NCBI GenBank assembly: GCA_026707325.1
Contig: JAPOXA010000042.1
Span: forward strand, 11,861-75,860
Reading direction: 5' to 3'
DNA: 64,000 bases
Source of the DNA: Acidobacteriota bacterium
Lineage (GTDB): Bacteria > Acidobacteriota > Thermoanaerobaculia > Multivoradales > Multivoraceae
Of the stretch, positions 62,183-64,000 are shown piece by piece. The first letter of the stretch is position 1, and each line of letters opens with the position of its first letter. Both the position numbers and the translations under genes were made by a program. The notes beneath the pieces were generated by a model. That model was given only the letters and a program-made list of their open reading frames with translations. It was not told the origin of the DNA and ran no database searches.

Positions 62183-62877
62183 CCTGAGGCTGCCCGCGCC
62201 GGAATCGGGCGGACCGCGGGCAGCAGATCGCAGAAGCCAAAGCCGTCCCGCTCCGCCACTTCGCCTAGATCGACCGCGATCGGCCGGTCGAAGATCGGTC
62301 CGTCGAACACGAAGGTGTGGAACTCGCCGTTCTCCCCGCACGGGTCGACGCCGGTTGGAAGATCGGCGAGGAAGGCGTCGTCGAAGGCGCGTCCCGCGAA
62401 CGAGACGGGCAGAACCGCCGGGTTGACGCAGACGGTGAGCGCGCGAAAGCCGTCGCCGATGAACGAGCGTGCCAGCTCGTCCGTGGGCGTGTGCCAGATC
62501 GGGAACTCGCACTCGAGGCCCGTTTCCGCGAGCTGGCGGACGCGGTACTCCCGGAGGTCTTCGAGAAAGAGGTCCCCGAACGCGACCCGTCGAATGCCCC
62601 GGGCGCTCAGCCGACCGAACGCCTTTCCCATCTCGCGCTCGTACACCACGTTCGACGGCTCGGGAGGCACGATTACCTCGGTCAGCGGAAGGCCGATCGA
62701 GTCCGCCTGCTCCCGCAACAACGAACGCCGGACGCCGTGCATGCTGACCCGGTCGAAGGCGTCGGTCACGGTGGTGATCAGCTCCACGACTTGGAAACGG
62801 CCCTGCCGGCGCAGTTCCTGGAGGGCCAGACAACTGTCCTTGCCGCCGCTGAAGCAGAGTGCGATCGGTTCCGGCAT
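62179..62877 (-). CDS. PP-loop ATP pyrophosphatase of the Dph6/MJ0570-like (DUF71, COG2102) family
   Basis: 'IALCFSGGKDSCLAL' is the SGGKDS PP-loop. 'ENGEFHTFVFDGPIF' matches the family C-terminus. Confidence 0.8.
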   Translation of the reverse strand: MPEPIALCFSGGKDSCLALQELRRQGRFQVVELITTVTDAFDRVSMHGVRRSLLREQADSIGLPLTEVIVPPEPSNVVYEREMGKAFGRLSARGIRRVAFGDLFLEDLREYRVRQLAETGLECEFPIWHTPTDELARSFIGDGFRALTVCVNPAVLPVSFAGRAFDDAFLADLPTGVDPCGENGEFHTFVFDGPIFDRPIAVDLGEVAERDGFGFCDLLPAVRPIPARAASG

Positions 62878-62889
62878 GGCAGGTCGAGG

Positions 62890-64000
62890 CTACCGCCTAC
62901 CGAGCAGGAGGACCGCCGCCGCGGGCAGCACCGTCACCGACGCCAGCAGGCATGCCGGCAAGCCGATCAGCATGACCGCCGCCATGGTCTCCAGGCCCGG
63001 GTGGTCGGTGAACAGCAGGATCGAGAAACTGGCCGTCGTGGTCAGCGTCGTCATCGCGATCGCCCGACCGACCGACAGGGCTGCCCCGCGAATCGGCTGA
63101 GCCGGATCGTCCAGGATTCGGTGGACGACGTGGATGCCGTCGTCGATCCCGAGCCCGAAGATCAGCGGCAACACGAGCCACGTCATCACGTTGAAGGGAA
63201 TGCCGACCCAGCACAGCACGCCCAGGGTGAATGGCGCCGCCGCCAACACCGGCAGCACCGCCAGCAGGACCGAGGCGGGGCGCCGGAAGTCGACGCAGAG
63301 GACGACCAGCACGAATCCCAGGATCGAAAGGGCGATCCACGGGATCCACGGCCGATCGCCGATCATCATTCCTTCCACCACCGCCAACAGCCCGCTGGCC
63401 CCTGGGTCGATCGCCTGCACGACCTCGCGCTGGCGCCGGGCCAGGGCGCCGTCCGCCTTCGAGTCCGTGGCGTAGGCGTAAACCAGCAACTCCCCGGTCG
63501 GTGCGATGAACTTCTCGCGCAGACCGGGCGGCAGCGACTCGACGTCTGGCGGGCCGGCGGCAGCGGCTCGACGGAGCGCTCCTACGGCCAGGGCCCGGGG
63601 ATCACCCATCCCCCCGGCGACCCCGACCGTCCGTCCCTCGGAGCCGAACACCCGGTGCAGTTCCGCGGCGCGCTCAGCCAGATCGGCCGGCAGAATCGTG
63701 CCGAGGCTGACCGTCTCGCTGAACAACGGATGACCGTCCAGCCGGCGCGCGAAGTTCCGGGTCTGCTCGAGACTCTCCGCCGCCAGAATCCACGGCGCGC
63801 CATTGGTGCCTAGAACCTCCTGAATCCGGTCGACCATCGCGATGGCAGGGACACCGCGATTCATGATCCGCTCCAGCCTTGTCTCGACCTGCAGCCGCGG
63901 CAACCCCGCGAGGGCCGCCGTCACCAGGACACCGCTAACTATGAGGCAACGCACTGGCCATTCAGTCGCCCAACGCACGACGGACGGGAGGCCGGGAACG
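62890..64000 (-). CDS. MMPL/RND-superfamily transporter (HpnN-like), C-terminal half; the 5' end lies outside the window
   Basis: The frame stays open to the window edge. Multiple TM helices are present, and 'LIFGLGIDDGIHVVHRIL' is an RND/MMPL-type motif. Confidence 0.8.
   Translation of the reverse strand, partial: VPGLPSVVRWATEWPVRCLIVSGVLVTAALAGLPRLQVETRLERIMNRGVPAIAMVDRIQEVLGTNGAPWILAAESLEQTRNFARRLDGHPLFSETVSLGTILPADLAERAAELHRVFGSEGRTVGVAGGMGDPRALAVGALRRAAAAGPPDVESLPPGLREKFIAPTGELLVYAYATDSKADGALARRQREVVQAIDPGASGLLAVVEGMMIGDRPWIPWIALSILGFVLVVLCVDFRRPASVLLAVLPVLAAAPFTLGVLCWVGIPFNVMTWLVLPLIFGLGIDDGIHVVHRILDDPAQPIRGAALSVGRAIAMTTLTTTASFSILLFTDHPGLETMAAVMLIGLPACLLASVTVLPAAAVLLLGRR

Noticed and set aside
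1-64000. CRISPR arrays, tRNA/rRNA/tmRNA genes, insertion sequences, integrases, prophage or toxin-antitoxin/defence genes.
   Set aside because: I saw no regularly spaced direct repeats, no cloverleaf-like or rRNA-like segments in the few non-coding gaps, and no ORF with transposase, integrase, nuclease or NTPase defence signatures. This absence is judged by eye, not by tRNAscan or Rfam search.

Overview
This is a very GC-rich bacterial chromosomal window (about 70 % by eye, not computed). It is gene-dense, with about 50 credible protein-coding genes. I found no rRNA, tRNA, CRISPR array, transposase, integrase or phage gene. The family mix suggests Acidobacteriota or a similar high-GC Gram-negative lineage: TIGR03436-type VWA proteins, a TonB-dependent receptor fused to a CarboxypepD_reg domain, many FG-GAP/ASPIC-UnbV (CRTAC1-like) proteins, and TPR fusions. 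This taxonomic call is inference only.

The left ~37 kb is an island of exported proteins built from recurring modules:
- four CRTAC1-like beta-propeller proteins;
- two stand-alone TPR proteins;
- two alkaline-phosphatase-superfamily (sulfatase-like)-TPR fusion lipoproteins, which carry T-L-P-S-H where sulfatases carry C/S-x-P-x-R;
- a CarboxypepD_reg-TPR protein;
- a transglutaminase-like-TPR lipoprotein;
- one TonB-dependent receptor;
- three VWA paralogs;
- a DUF3179 protein;
- two paralogous HExxHxxGxxH metalloproteases with FN3 domains and a tandem, apparently unnamed C-terminal domain;
- an M16/M16 peptidase pair.
No regulator, ATPase or inner-membrane transporter is visible in this island. 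I consider it the best candidate for an undescribed system.

The right ~27 kb is mostly housekeeping or accessory metabolism: a folP-folB fusion with folK, beta-oxidation genes, oligopeptidase B, a canonical arylsulfatase, peptidases and outer-membrane proteins. It ends in a five-gene minus-strand operon (MMPL/RND, PP-loop ATPase, signal-less BtuF-like binding protein, GT-C-like membrane protein, DUF547).

Sequence-level observations:
- 4-nt NTGA start/stop overlaps occur at 12 gene junctions.
- One of these is a likely CTG start, supported by a lipoprotein signal peptide that only exists if translation starts there.
- An intergenic repeat of about 48 bp occurs twice.
- A 568-bp structured divergent leader lies upstream of the TonB-dependent receptor gene.

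Most long ORFs in the six-frame track are antisense or off-frame artefacts of the GC content, and I rejected them.
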